A DNA stretch of 64,000 nucleotides from Flavobacteriaceae bacterium (GTDB lineage Bacteria; Bacteroidota; Bacteroidia; Flavobacteriales; Flavobacteriaceae). Shown here in pieces: positions 37,887-48,154 of this stretch. Where the stretch lies: positions 33,146 through 97,145 of the forward strand of contig JBFKFP010000001.1 in assembly GCA_041618535.1 (NCBI GenBank). The letters are read 5' to 3'. The notes beneath the pieces are model-generated. The model searched no databases and was not told the origin of the DNA. It worked only from the letters and a program-made list of their open reading frames with translations. Position numbers and translations under genes: made by a program. Every line of letters begins with the position of its first letter. Position 1 is the stretch's first letter.

Positions 37887-37989
37887 GTTATCTATCCGGA
37901 AATTAATCCAGTAGAATTTAGCACCTTCTTTAAAGCTAAAGGGTTGCTAAGGCTTCACAGGGTCTATTCCCTCCACCTTTCTTGATAAC
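37887..37989 (-). promoter_or_regulatory. SAM-I (S-box) riboswitch aptamer
   Basis: The minus strand reads GUUAUCAAGAAAGGUGGAGGGAAUAGACCCUGUGAAGCCUUAGCAACC...AAGGUGCUAAAUUCUACUGG...CCGGAUAGAUAAC. This matches the S-box core (AUCAAGAG.GG.GGAGGGA..GGCCC.AUGAAGCC..GCAACC....GGUGCUAA.UCC....AGAU). P1 is GUUAUC/GAUAAC. Confidence 0.9.
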
Positions 37990-38064
37990 ATTTCAATAAG
38001 TTTTTGAACTTTCTGACCCCAATATTCGTAAAGATAATCCAGAAAAACAAATTTTATTTTTTAT

Positions 38065-39609
38065 TCAACTGTTCAGCAATTCAAATTTTTCCCTGATAAT
38101 CTCACCAACAGATTTGTTTTTTATCTTGCTTTCAAGCCATGAAATAATATCGAGATAGAGAAAAGCCCGGCGCTCATATGGATGATCTTCATAATCTCTC
38201 AGTTTGACCAGTAATTTATCGAATTCACCCTTGAGTTCATGCGGATAGATATCCCCTAAACGCCTTAAGAACTTGATCATTTCCTTTTGAACCTCATAAA
38301 GATCTTCCATCTTCAAAAGGAATTTATAGGTACTCCTGATAAGGGAATCGAGGTGATAATCCAAACCGGCCTCATAATGGGCAACCAAATTGAGAACTCT
38401 TGAAAAACAGAGAAGGTCCTCACGCATGGACAGGGATTTATTGGAGATAATCTTGTCGAGATATTCTATGCATTTACGGTTTTCACCCACCCCGAAATAA
38501 AGGCTGGCAATCTTGTAATAAAACACCATGACGTGATGCTCGTCAATCCTGTTGCCGAAGGTCTTTAGACCTTTTAGAACCTCGTCAACCAGCTTTAGCC
38601 CCTCTTCAAAGGAACCCTCCATAAAATGAAGATTGATCTTATTGGCATAGATATATAAAAAGATGAGGCCATCAAGGTTATCGTCGCGAGGAAAGTCCTT
38701 ATCGGAGGTGATGTCTTCCAGGTCTTTAAGCGCCTTTTTAAATCTTGAATGGTCTTTTATAAAAAACAATGCCTCAAGCAGATATTGATTTCCTCTGAGG
38801 AAGAAAACCGGGTTAAGGCTGATCATCTCCGGCTGGGTATAGAAGAGATCGACCCAACGGCGAGAATACTTATAACAGGACAGGAAATCCTGGGTCAGGA
38901 AACTATACCATAAATACGATTTATATAACCAAAGCTTTTCCCTGAAACCCAGTTCAGCGATATCATATTCAGGCAGCCTGCTTTTGAAATAGTGGGTGAT
39001 TTCCTTAAACTCCCTGTCATTCTTGACATAACCCGTCTTTAAAAAATGCCCGTATAACTGAAGCGACAGGTTCGACAACTTACTGGCTATCAAATTCTGC
39101 TGGCTTAAAACCTTCGCCTGTACGGTGAGTTCATCTGCACGGTTGCTGATACTTCTTGTGATGTACTGCGACTCAATCACCTTTTCCAGTTCTATGATTT
39201 CATAGGCAATATTCTTCTCCTCGTGAGCAATGGCCACATTTTTGGCTTTATCCAATATTTTCAGACTCTGCTTGTATAATCCTTTATGGTACAAGATGGT
39301 GGCAAAGTCCAGTTGCTCCCTGATCTGAATACGCACATTCTGACGGGATGGATTTAATCTGAGGCTGATAAGGATTTGTTTATACAGATGGGCCTTTAAA
39401 TTGGACAGCTGTCTTTTTTTAACAAAACCTTTTTTCAGAATAAAGTCCTCATCATAGGCTGACAACTTATCCAGGATGTTGAAAAGAGTAAGGAATTTTG
39501 AATCCTCATTTACGCCCAGACGACCCACATATAACTTGAATTGTCGCTTTTCCGATTTGGAGAGTGACTTTATCAGTACAAACAAATTATCTTTGGGCTC
39601 CTTAGTCAT
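38065..39609 (-). CDS. All-helical repeat (TPR-like) protein, function unknown
   Basis: 514 aa with no signal peptide or TM segment. It has a basic N-terminus (SKSEKRQFKLYVGR) followed by repeated helical hairpin-like segments. Confidence 0.5.
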   Translation of the reverse strand: MTKEPKDNLFVLIKSLSKSEKRQFKLYVGRLGVNEDSKFLTLFNILDKLSAYDEDFILKKGFVKKRQLSNLKAHLYKQILISLRLNPSRQNVRIQIREQLDFATILYHKGLYKQSLKILDKAKNVAIAHEEKNIAYEIIELEKVIESQYITRSISNRADELTVQAKVLSQQNLIASKLSNLSLQLYGHFLKTGYVKNDREFKEITHYFKSRLPEYDIAELGFREKLWLYKSYLWYSFLTQDFLSCYKYSRRWVDLFYTQPEMISLNPVFFLRGNQYLLEALFFIKDHSRFKKALKDLEDITSDKDFPRDDNLDGLIFLYIYANKINLHFMEGSFEEGLKLVDEVLKGLKTFGNRIDEHHVMVFYYKIASLYFGVGENRKCIEYLDKIISNKSLSMREDLLCFSRVLNLVAHYEAGLDYHLDSLIRSTYKFLLKMEDLYEVQKEMIKFLRRLGDIYPHELKGEFDKLLVKLRDYEDHPYERRAFLYLDIISWLESKIKNKSVGEIIREKFELLNS

Positions 39610-39759
39610 AGTGCTATTATATTAGCTATAGAATTGATTTTCAGTTTTTTAACCACTTATACTTAACGCTTAACGTCGTAATGAAAATAGGAGGTCGGAA
39701 CCTAACTAGAATTCCAAAATATAAATTCGTATCTACAATACGAAAAAACCCACGAATAA

Positions 39760-40938
39760 ATGTCGTTTTCTAAAGTTGAAATTTTCGATACAACCCTGAG
39801 AGATGGTGAACAAGTCCCTGGTTGTAAACTAAATACCGAACAGAAGTTAATCATCGCCGAAAAGCTTGATCTGCTTGGCGTAGATGTGATGGAGGCCGGG
39901 TTTCCTGTTTCGAGTCCGGGTGACTTCAAATCGGTGCAGGAGATCGCTAAAGTAGTAAAGAATGCTACTGTCTGTGGCCTGTCCCGATCAGTCGAGAATG
40001 ACATCAAGGTGGCAGCAGAGGCGCTAGTACACGCAAGGAAACCGAGGATCCATACCGGTATCGGGACTTCAGACTCACATATTAAGTATAAATTCAGGTC
40101 GAATCGAGAGGATATTCTTGAAAGGGCATACAAGGCTGTTAAGTATGCCAAATCCTTTGTCGAGGATGTTGAGTTCTATGCTGAAGACGCAGGGCGGACA
40201 GAAAATGAGTACCTGGCCCGCGTTTGCGAGGCGGCGATCAAAGCCGGGGCCACTGTTTTGAATATCCCGGATACTACCGGATATTGCCTGCCTCACGAAT
40301 ATGGCGCAAAGATAAAATACCTCAAGGAAAACGTGAAAGGAATTGAAAAGGCCATACTCTCCTGTCATTGTCATAATGACCTCGGACTTGCGACTGCCAA
40401 TTCCATTGAAGGCGTAATAAATGGAGCACGCCAGATTGAGTGCACCATAAACGGCATTGGAGAACGCGCAGGAAACACCGCCCTTGAGGAAGTTGTAATG
40501 ATCATCAAGCAGCATCCATACCTCGAGCTGGAAACCAATATCAAAACAGAGATGTTATACGGCATGAGTCAGCTCGTTTCTGAATCCATGGGTATTTATA
40601 CCCAGCCAAACAAAGCGATAGTAGGAGCCAATGCCTTCGCTCATAGTTCCGGTATTCACCAGGACGGGGTAATTAAAAAGCGTGAGACCTACGAGATCAT
40701 AGACCCGAAAGAAGTTGGGGTCACAGAATCAGCTATTGTTCTGACGGCAAGAAGCGGAAGAGCGGCTCTGGCCTACAGGGCGAAAAAGATCGGATATGAG
40801 TTAACCAAACTCCAGCTTGATGAGGTTTATGCCAATTTCCTGTCTTATGCCGATCGGAAAAAGGAGATTCAGGACGAGGATATACATCAAATTATTGAAA
40901 CAAGTAAAGTTTACAAGGAAATCGTTTCTCATTCATGA
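39760..40938 (+). CDS. leuA: 2-isopropylmalate synthase, short form lacking the C-terminal regulatory domain
   Basis: 392 aa with the HMGL-like barrel motifs ([22 protein letters not shown]). It ends about 120 aa earlier than E. coli-type LeuA and overlaps leuC by 4 nt. Confidence 0.85.
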   Translation: MSFSKVEIFDTTLRDGEQVPGCKLNTEQKLIIAEKLDLLGVDVMEAGFPVSSPGDFKSVQEIAKVVKNATVCGLSRSVENDIKVAAEALVHARKPRIHTGIGTSDSHIKYKFRSNREDILERAYKAVKYAKSFVEDVEFYAEDAGRTENEYLARVCEAAIKAGATVLNIPDTTGYCLPHEYGAKIKYLKENVKGIEKAILSCHCHNDLGLATANSIEGVINGARQIECTINGIGERAGNTALEEVVMIIKQHPYLELETNIKTEMLYGMSQLVSESMGIYTQPNKAIVGANAFAHSSGIHQDGVIKKRETYEIIDPKEVGVTESAIVLTARSGRAALAYRAKKIGYELTKLQLDEVYANFLSYADRKKEIQDEDIHQIIETSKVYKEIVSHS

Positions 40939-42317
40939 GTAAAACCTTATTTGATAAAGTTTGGGATGCCCATGTGGTGGAGAAGATTGAGGGCGGACCT
41001 GAGATTCTCTACATCGATAAACATTTAATACATGAGGTTACCAGCCCGCAAGCCTTCAAAGAACTTGAAGACCGGGTAATCCCTGTTTTCAGACCGGAGC
41101 AGATAGTAGCTACTGCCGATCACAATACACCAACGCTTAATCAGCATCTGCCTATAAAGGATGCCCTATCCAGGAAACAGGTTGAGCAGCTGTCAGAGAA
41201 CTGCAAAAAACATGGGATAACTCTCTATTCCCTGGGCCACCAATATAATGGAATTGTTCATGTCATGGCGCCTGAATTGGGAATCACTCAGCCTGGCATG
41301 ACCATGGTCTGTGGTGATAGCCATACTTCTACCCATGGCGCTTTCGGAACGATCGCCTTTGGGATAGGCACCAGCCAGGTAGCCCAGGTATTTGCCAGCC
41401 AGTGCCTTCTCCTAAAGAAACCCAAGAGTCTCAGGATAACCGTTAACGGGAAACTTAAAAAGGGTGTTCTTCCCAAGGATGTCATCCTCTATATCATTGC
41501 AAAACTCGGGACTAATGTTGGAACCGGTTATTTCTGTGAATACGCCGGTGAGGTGTTCCGCGATATGAGTATGGAGGGCCGGATGACCGTTTGTAATATG
41601 AGTATCGAAATGGGTGCCCGCGGTGGAATGATAGCTCCCGATGAGGTCACCTTCGAATACATGAAAGGGCGGCCATACGCCCCCAAAGGTGAAGATTGGG
41701 ACCGAAAATTGACTTTCTGGAAATCACTTCCCTCAGACCATGATGCGATATTTGATAAGGAATACGAATTTGATGCGGCCGATATCGGCCCTATGATAAC
41801 CTACGGAACAAATCCCGGAATGGGAATCAAGATAAATGAACGCATTCCTGAGGTTAATTCCCCTTCCTTTAAAAAGGCTCTTAATTATATGAATTTTCAA
41901 CCCGGGGAATATCTTCTGGACAAGCCGATAAACTTTGTTTTCATCGGAAGTTGTACCAATTCCAGGATCGAAGATTTTCGCATTGCTGCAAGCTACATCA
42001 AAGGCAAACGCAAAGCGGCGAACGTAACGGCATGGCTGGTTCCGGGCAGTAAACAGGTTGAAGCTCAGATCGTGGAGGAAGGATTAAAGGATATTTTTAT
42101 GGATGCAGGATTCGAGCTCAGGCAACCGGGTTGTTCAGCCTGCCTGGCTATGAACGATGACAAAATTCCTCAGGGCGAATATTGCGTCTCTACTTCCAAC
42201 AGGAATTTTGAAGGCCGTCAGGGTCAGGGAGCAAGAACTATATTAGCTAGTCCGCTCGTGGCTGCAGCTACAGCCGTTGAAGGTAAGATAATAGATATTA
42301 CTAAGCATCTGAATTAA
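40935..42317 (+). CDS. leuC: 3-isopropylmalate dehydratase large subunit
   Basis: 460 aa aconitase-family protein with Fe-S Cys ligands ([15 protein letters not shown]). Confidence 0.92.
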   Translation: MSKTLFDKVWDAHVVEKIEGGPEILYIDKHLIHEVTSPQAFKELEDRVIPVFRPEQIVATADHNTPTLNQHLPIKDALSRKQVEQLSENCKKHGITLYSLGHQYNGIVHVMAPELGITQPGMTMVCGDSHTSTHGAFGTIAFGIGTSQVAQVFASQCLLLKKPKSLRITVNGKLKKGVLPKDVILYIIAKLGTNVGTGYFCEYAGEVFRDMSMEGRMTVCNMSIEMGARGGMIAPDEVTFEYMKGRPYAPKGEDWDRKLTFWKSLPSDHDAIFDKEYEFDAADIGPMITYGTNPGMGIKINERIPEVNSPSFKKALNYMNFQPGEYLLDKPINFVFIGSCTNSRIEDFRIAASYIKGKRKAANVTAWLVPGSKQVEAQIVEEGLKDIFMDAGFELRQPGCSACLAMNDDKIPQGEYCVSTSNRNFEGRQGQGARTILASPLVAAATAVEGKIIDITKHLN

Positions 42318-42907
42318 TGGAGAAATTCATCAAATTGGTTTCAACCGCAATTCCATTACCCATCGAAAACATCGACACCGATCAAATCATTCCTGCCCGC
42401 TTTTTAAAAGCAACAGACCGTTCAGGTTTTGGGGAAAATGTTTTTCGAGACTGGCGATTTCAAAAAAATGGAGATGTCAATCCTGAATTTGTACTGAATG
42501 ATCCGAAATATAAAGGTCGGATACTGCTCGCAGGAGATAATTTTGGTTGTGGATCGAGCAGGGAACACGCGGCATGGGCATTAACGGATTATGGTTTTAA
42601 GGTGGTGGTGTCCAGCTTTTTTGCAGACATCTTCAGGGGCAATGCCCTTAACAATGGGCTGCTGCCTGTCCAGGTAACACCCGATTTCCTGAGTTATCTG
42701 ATAGGTTCGGTAACAGAAAACCCAGATCTGGAGCTGGAGGTGAATCTTGAAAATCAAACTATCGGGATAGAAGGAAATGGTGATAAGGAATCCTTTGACA
42801 TAGATCCTTACAAGAAAATGTGCCTCATCAACGGATACGATGACATTGACTATTTATTGAGTAAAAAAACAAATATTGAGGCTTTCGAGAAAGCCAGAAC
42901 CATATAG
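42317..42907 (+). CDS. leuD: 3-isopropylmalate dehydratase small subunit
   Basis: 196 aa with the swivel-domain motif [13 protein letters not shown]. Confidence 0.92.
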   Translation: MEKFIKLVSTAIPLPIENIDTDQIIPARFLKATDRSGFGENVFRDWRFQKNGDVNPEFVLNDPKYKGRILLAGDNFGCGSSREHAAWALTDYGFKVVVSSFFADIFRGNALNNGLLPVQVTPDFLSYLIGSVTENPDLELEVNLENQTIGIEGNGDKESFDIDPYKKMCLINGYDDIDYLLSKKTNIEAFEKARTI

Positions 42908-42908
42908 T

Positions 42909-44027
42909 ATGAAACTAAAGATTGCAGTACTGCCGGGTGACGGGATCGGACCCGAGGTAACAGAACAGGCTATCAAGGCATTAAATGCCATTGCCACAGA
43001 ATTCAATCATAATTTCACTTTTAGTTATGCTGATGTAGGCGCGATCGCTATCGATAAATCAGGTGAACCCCTACCAGATGAAACTTTAAGATTATGTGAG
43101 AATTCAGATGCTGTCCTCTTTGGAGCCATTGGTGATCCTAAATATGATAACGACCCCTCCGCTAAGGTCAGGCCCGAACAAGGATTGCTACAACTCAGAA
43201 AATCACTGGGGCTTTATGCTAATATCAGGCCTGTCAAGGCATATAACAAACTACTTGACAAATCCCCGTTAAAGTCGGAAATCATTAAAGGCACAGACAT
43301 AAGTATTTATCGCGAACTGACCGGGGGTATCTATTTTGGAGAGAAAAAACTCAGCGAGGATGGGAATTTGGCTTCAGATCTCTGCCAATACAGCCGTGAG
43401 GAGATTGAACGTATCACCCATCTTGCGTTTAAAGCTGCCCAGGCAAGGAGAAGTAAGGTAACTCTTGTAGATAAAGCAAATGTCCTGGAAAGCTCCAGGC
43501 TCTGGCGTAAGGTGGTAACGGAATTGTCAAAACAATACACCGATGTGGAGTTGGATTTCATGTTCGTTGATAATGCAGCCATGCAACTTATTCTCAATCC
43601 CAACCAGTTCGATGTTATCCTTACCGAGAACATGTTCGGGGATATTATAAGCGATGAGGCCAGTGTGATAGGCGGATCCATCGGGTTGCTTGCTTCGGCC
43701 AGCGTTGGTGACAAGCATGCTCTTTTTGAGCCAATTCATGGTTCTTATCCTCAGGCAAAAGGTAAGGGGGTCGCAAACCCGGTAGCCTCCATTTTATCGG
43801 CTGCCATGCTCTTAGACCACTTCGATCTTCAGTCGGAGGCCGAGATGATCAGGCGTGCTGTTGAGCGTTCAATCGATCTTAATATTACAACCCCTGATCT
43901 CAATGCAGAGAACAAGCAGGTGACCACCAAATTAATCGGTGATTTTATTGAGGACTTCATTCATCACCCGAATGATTCCAACGTTAATTTTAAAAACATT
44001 CATTTAGGTCAATCCACTATAATTTGA
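42909..44027 (+). CDS. leuB: 3-isopropylmalate dehydrogenase
   Basis: MKLKIAVLPGDGIGPEV N-terminus and the NMFGDIISDEAS motif. The Met at 42909 is preferred over the track start at 42876, which overlaps leuD. Confidence 0.92.
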   Translation: MKLKIAVLPGDGIGPEVTEQAIKALNAIATEFNHNFTFSYADVGAIAIDKSGEPLPDETLRLCENSDAVLFGAIGDPKYDNDPSAKVRPEQGLLQLRKSLGLYANIRPVKAYNKLLDKSPLKSEIIKGTDISIYRELTGGIYFGEKKLSEDGNLASDLCQYSREEIERITHLAFKAAQARRSKVTLVDKANVLESSRLWRKVVTELSKQYTDVELDFMFVDNAAMQLILNPNQFDVILTENMFGDIISDEASVIGGSIGLLASASVGDKHALFEPIHGSYPQAKGKGVANPVASILSAAMLLDHFDLQSEAEMIRRAVERSIDLNITTPDLNAENKQVTTKLIGDFIEDFIHHPNDSNVNFKNIHLGQSTII

Positions 44028-44049
44028 TTTTTTATTTTTGGTTAATCTG

Positions 44050-44078
44050 AAAAGGCGCCATTTTTGGCGTCTTTTTGT
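44050..44078. terminator. Bidirectional intrinsic terminator between leuB and argH
   Basis: GGCGCC-ATTTTT-GGCGTC hairpin (6 bp including one G-T) flanked by an A-run and T5. Confidence 0.7.
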
Positions 44079-45365
44079 TTAATCAGATAACTTCTGCGGA
44101 AATTTTTCGCGGATTTTTTCCAACCCCAGATTGTGAATACTTCCAATATGCGAATGTCTGATCTCGAGGCTGGGTTGGTATTCACCTTTCTGAATTGATT
44201 CAGCGATTAATTTATATGCATCCCGAAACGGCACTCCCTCTTTAACCAGAGCATTGATGGAATCAACAGAGAATAGATTTGCATATTCCGGTGAGTTCGG
44301 ATTCAGATTTTCAACTTCCATTTGCTGAATGGCAAAAATGAAGATATCCAGGATTTCGGTTGTTTCACCTATGGCATGTATTAATGGCCTTTTGAGAAGC
44401 TGAAAGTCGCGATGATAACCGCTGGGTAAATTATTAGTAAGCAAGGAGAGATGGGTCTGTACTGATTGCAATCCATTGCATTTAGCCCTTATAAGTTCAA
44501 ATACATCCGGGTTCTTTTTATGAGGCATTATGCTGCTTCCAGTCGTGAGGCTGTCAGGAAAAGATATAAACCCGAATTCCTGGCTAAGAAAAAGACAGAT
44601 GTCGGTTGCGAATTTATTCAGGGTAAAAGCCAGGCTTGAAATACCATAAGCAACCGCTCTCTCCGTTTTTCCCCGGCTTAATTGAGCCGCAAGGGAATTT
44701 ATCTTCAGGGCCCCAAAGTTAAACAGTTCGGTCGTTTCATTCCTGTCAATGGGGAAAGAGCTGCCATATCCCGCTGCAGACCCCAGTGGATTCTGATCAA
44801 CCATTTTATAGGCGGCCTTCAGCTGGTAGGCATCATCAACCAGCAATTCGGCATAGGCTGAGAGCCAAAGTCCGAATGACGATGGCATAGCCCTTTGAAA
44901 GTGGGTATATCCGGGCATAAAATGATCCTGATAGGTCCTGCTCAAATCCAAAAGAACATCAAACAACCTCTTAACTTTCGTATGAATCAATTCGATATTG
45001 TCCTTTAAATAAAGATGCAGTGCCACCAGAACCTGATCATTACGTGAACGGGCCGTATGGATCTTTTTGCCCACATCTCCAAGCGCTGCGGTGAGTTCGT
45101 GTTCGATCTTGGAATGTACGTCCTCAAAATCCGATTCGATAACAAATGTTCCCTCTTGTATCTGTTTTTTAATCAGTTCCAACCCGCTTACTAATGACTT
45201 CAGTTCTTCATCGCTTATCAATGCTGTTTTATTTAACATTTCAGCATGTGCCAAAGAGGCCATTATATCATATTTGGCCAGGTGTAAATCGATTTCACGG
45301 TCATCACCCACGGTGAATGCTTCAATTCTTTTGTCTATTTCCAGGCCTTTTTCCCAAAGTTTCAT
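44079..45365 (-). CDS. argH: Argininosuccinate lyase
   Basis: 428 aa with fumarate-lyase family motifs (TARSRNDQV, GSSIMPHKKNPD). Confidence 0.92.
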   Translation of the reverse strand: MKLWEKGLEIDKRIEAFTVGDDREIDLHLAKYDIMASLAHAEMLNKTALISDEELKSLVSGLELIKKQIQEGTFVIESDFEDVHSKIEHELTAALGDVGKKIHTARSRNDQVLVALHLYLKDNIELIHTKVKRLFDVLLDLSRTYQDHFMPGYTHFQRAMPSSFGLWLSAYAELLVDDAYQLKAAYKMVDQNPLGSAAGYGSSFPIDRNETTELFNFGALKINSLAAQLSRGKTERAVAYGISSLAFTLNKFATDICLFLSQEFGFISFPDSLTTGSSIMPHKKNPDVFELIRAKCNGLQSVQTHLSLLTNNLPSGYHRDFQLLKRPLIHAIGETTEILDIFIFAIQQMEVENLNPNSPEYANLFSVDSINALVKEGVPFRDAYKLIAESIQKGEYQPSLEIRHSHIGSIHNLGLEKIREKFPQKLSD

Positions 45366-45375
45366 ATGACTTTCT

Positions 45376-46443
45376 TTAAATTATCTTCTTCAATATTTTT
45401 ATATACAGGTCTATTGCTTCTTCGATCTCAGAAAGCAAAATATATTCATCGGCCATATGAGAACGCCTGCTGTCTCCCGGGCCTAACTTAAGCGAGGGAC
45501 AGCTCAACACAGCCTGGTCTGAAAGGGTTGGAGATCCGTAAGTCCTGCGCCCCAGTTCAATCCCGGCCTTTACCAGGTCATGATGCTGTGGAATAGAAGA
45601 GGAACTTAGCCTTAAACTCCTGGCCTTTATAGACTTACAAGGAGCTTTCTCCTTTAAAATGGATTCTATTTCTTCATTGGTATATTTATCATTTACCCTG
45701 ACATCTATTACGAGGTCCAGTTCTGCAGGAATGGCATTATGTTGTTTGCCGGCATTGATCTGGGTAACCGTCATCTTGACATCACCAAGCACAGGTGATT
45801 TACGTTCAAACCTGAAGTTTTTAAACCAATTGAGAACCTCTATACTGTTATATATCACATTGTCATTATTCTCATGTGCTGCATGGCCGGGTGTCCCGCC
45901 AACGATGGCGTCGAATACTACAAGACCTTTTTCGGCAATGGCGAGATGCATTTCTGTGGGCTCTCCGACTATCGCCACGTCAACATGCGGAATTTTATCC
46001 AAAACACTGTTCAATCCACCAGCACCGCTGCTTTCCTCTTCAGCAGATCCGACAAACACTAGGTTATAAGACAGGTCTTTTTTATCGTAAAACCAGGTGA
46101 AAGTGGCAAGCAGGGACACCAATGCTCCACCGGCATCATTGCTCCCCAAGCCAAAAAGCCTGTTGTCGATAATTACAGGCTCAAATGGATCCATGGTGTA
46201 CCCCTTATTGGGCAGTACCGTATCATGATGAGAATTCAGGAGTAAAGTAGGTTTGTTTTCATCAAAAAATGCATTAACTGCCCAGACATTATTTCCCGAT
46301 CTTTTTACCGGTATGTTGTACCTGACAAACCAATTCATCAACAATTCCGCCGTTTTTTCTTCTTCCGAAGAAAATGAGGGTGTTGATATCAAGGACATTA
46401 AAAGTTCAATGGCCTCTTTAGTTAGTTCTTTCCTTTTCATCAA
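45376..46443 (-). CDS. M20-family deacylase (ArgE-like; acetyl- or succinyl-citrulline/ornithine deacylase)
   Basis: 355 aa with M20 metal-ligand motifs (NSHHDTV, GSNDAGG, EEES). Positioned between argB and argH. Confidence 0.75.
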   Translation of the reverse strand: MMKRKELTKEAIELLMSLISTPSFSSEEEKTAELLMNWFVRYNIPVKRSGNNVWAVNAFFDENKPTLLLNSHHDTVLPNKGYTMDPFEPVIIDNRLFGLGSNDAGGALVSLLATFTWFYDKKDLSYNLVFVGSAEEESSGAGGLNSVLDKIPHVDVAIVGEPTEMHLAIAEKGLVVFDAIVGGTPGHAAHENNDNVIYNSIEVLNWFKNFRFERKSPVLGDVKMTVTQINAGKQHNAIPAELDLVIDVRVNDKYTNEEIESILKEKAPCKSIKARSLRLSSSSIPQHHDLVKAGIELGRRTYGSPTLSDQAVLSCPSLKLGPGDSRRSHMADEYILLSEIEEAIDLYIKILKKII

Positions 46444-47222
46444 TGTTCAATAGTTGTAAATAATTTATTTCCGGGCTTCAACAATTTGTGATCTCCTATA
46501 TATATCCTTCTTACATTATGCCGAAGAGCGTGCAGGCAATTGTCCAGCTTAGGGATCATACCATCCGATATCAGTTTCTTTCTCTTGATTTCTTCGTATG
46601 AAGCCGTATTTATTGTCGTGATCACGGATTCAGGATCATTCAAATTTTCCAGAACCCCGGCTTTTTCTGAACAATAGAATAATTCTGTTTCATAAGAAAC
46701 AGCCATTCCCAATGCCAGTTCAGAAGCAACCGTATCAGCATTGGTATTCAGCAAATTTCCTTTCTTATCATGGGTCACAGCACAGAAAACCGGAGTTATT
46801 CCCCAACCTAAAAGTTCTGCAATTAGCTCATTATCAACACTAACAATATCCCCGACAAAGCCGTAATCGATGGCTGAAACGGGCCTTTTCTCAGCCTTAA
46901 TGAGGTTTCCGTCTGCTCCTGTAAATCCCATAGCATTGCAATCCATTGCCTGCAGTTGAGCCACTATGTTCTTGTTGATTTTTCCTGCATATGACATTGT
47001 TATGACATCCAGTGTATCGGCACATGTAATACGTCTTCCTTCATTCATTTTAACCGGTACATTTAATTTCCGGGCCAATTCGGTGGCATGGCGCCCACCA
47101 CCATGTACCAGGACCTTATTTTCCCTGATATGGGAAAAATCGAGAAGAAATTCGTGCAACAATTCCCGATCACTCAATATTGAGCTGCCGATCTTTACTA
47201 TTTTCAATGATTTTGATTTCAT
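46440..47222 (-). CDS. argB: N-acylglutamate kinase
   Basis: 260-aa amino-acid-kinase fold (VKIGSS.., HGGG, NTNADT) in the arg operon. Confidence 0.85.
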   Translation of the reverse strand: MKSKSLKIVKIGSSILSDRELLHEFLLDFSHIRENKVLVHGGGRHATELARKLNVPVKMNEGRRITCADTLDVITMSYAGKINKNIVAQLQAMDCNAMGFTGADGNLIKAEKRPVSAIDYGFVGDIVSVDNELIAELLGWGITPVFCAVTHDKKGNLLNTNADTVASELALGMAVSYETELFYCSEKAGVLENLNDPESVITTINTASYEEIKRKKLISDGMIPKLDNCLHALRHNVRRIYIGDHKLLKPGNKLFTTIEH

Positions 47223-48154
47223 CTTTTCTCCAGCATTTCTTTTAAAACGTATTGTGCAGAATAAATCCTGTTTTCAGATTGATCTATAACCAGTGATTGT
47301 GTTCCGTCGAGCACCGCGTCTTCAACAACCACATTTCGCCGCACAGGCAGGCAATGCATAAATTGGGCCTTCCCGAGTTTATCTGCTGTCATAATCCAGT
47401 CATCAAAACCTTTTACTACTGAACCATAAGGATCACTGGGCGACCAATTCTTCACATAGACGAAATCGGCATCCTCCAATGCTTTTCCCTGATCATTGAA
47501 AACAGGGATCCCATCGGTCAGATCATGACCTAACTCCAAACCCGGTGGATGCGCGATCCTCAGGTCAAATTCCATTCTTTTAACAGCCCTAATAAAAGAC
47601 GAGGGTACAGCTTGAGGCAAGGCTTTTGGATGTGGCGCCCACGTCAAAACTACCTTAGATCTTGATCTTTTGGTATTCTCAACCAAGGTTATTGCATCTG
47701 CAAAGGCCTGGAGAGGATGAGCTGTTGCACCTTCGAGGCTTATCACCGGAACGGTCGCATGTTTCATAAAAGACCTGATAATCTTGTCTTCTTCATCCTC
47801 CTGTTTGTCCTTTAATCCGGGAAATGCCCTTACCCCAATCACATCAGCGTACAATGATATCACTCTCGCGGCTTCCTTTACGTGCTCCGAAGTATTCAAA
47901 TTCATTGTGGATCCATCATCAAATTCCAAGCTCCAGCTATCGGTCACATTCAGAACAGTCACTTCCATCCCGAGGTTGGCAGCGGCTACTTCGGTACTTA
48001 ACCTTGTGCGAAGGCTTGGATTAAAGAACAACATCACCAACCGCTTCCCCTTCCCGAGATCACTGAACTGCCGGGGATTTGATTTTAGCACCAAGGCCTC
48101 GGAAACGGCTTTATAAAGATCGGTTATATCGTCAATACTGGTATAGTGCTTCAT
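47219..48154 (-). CDS. argF': N-acyl-L-ornithine carbamoyltransferase (ArgF' type, acetyl/succinyl-ornithine specific)
   Basis: 311 aa with SLRTR and HCLPVRRN motifs. Overall it is collinear with the Bacteroides/Xanthomonas ArgF' family rather than classical OTCase. Confidence 0.8.
   Translation of the reverse strand: MKHYTSIDDITDLYKAVSEALVLKSNPRQFSDLGKGKRLVMLFFNPSLRTRLSTEVAAANLGMEVTVLNVTDSWSLEFDDGSTMNLNTSEHVKEAARVISLYADVIGVRAFPGLKDKQEDEEDKIIRSFMKHATVPVISLEGATAHPLQAFADAITLVENTKRSRSKVVLTWAPHPKALPQAVPSSFIRAVKRMEFDLRIAHPPGLELGHDLTDGIPVFNDQGKALEDADFVYVKNWSPSDPYGSVVKGFDDWIMTADKLGKAQFMHCLPVRRNVVVEDAVLDGTQSLVIDQSENRIYSAQYVLKEMLEKR

Noticed and set aside
39681-39773. A 30-codon ORF ([30 protein letters not shown]) upstream of and overlapping the leuA start, considered as a leucine leader peptide. 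An AGGAGG-like sequence at 39688 was considered with it.
   Set aside because: It has only one Leu codon and no regulatory codon run, and no downstream terminator. It runs into leuA out of frame. The SD-like AGGAGG lies inside it, not upstream of any ATG.
39702-40515. Long antisense ORFs opposite leuA (39702-40151 and 40075-40515). Similar ones lie opposite mrdA (2290-2727), nadE (7596-8021), the TIM-barrel gene (55815-56306) and the GMC gene (61328-61747).
   Set aside because: These are shadow ORFs on the strand opposite genes that have strong motif support. Their translations are low-complexity or odd in composition, with no recognisable motifs.
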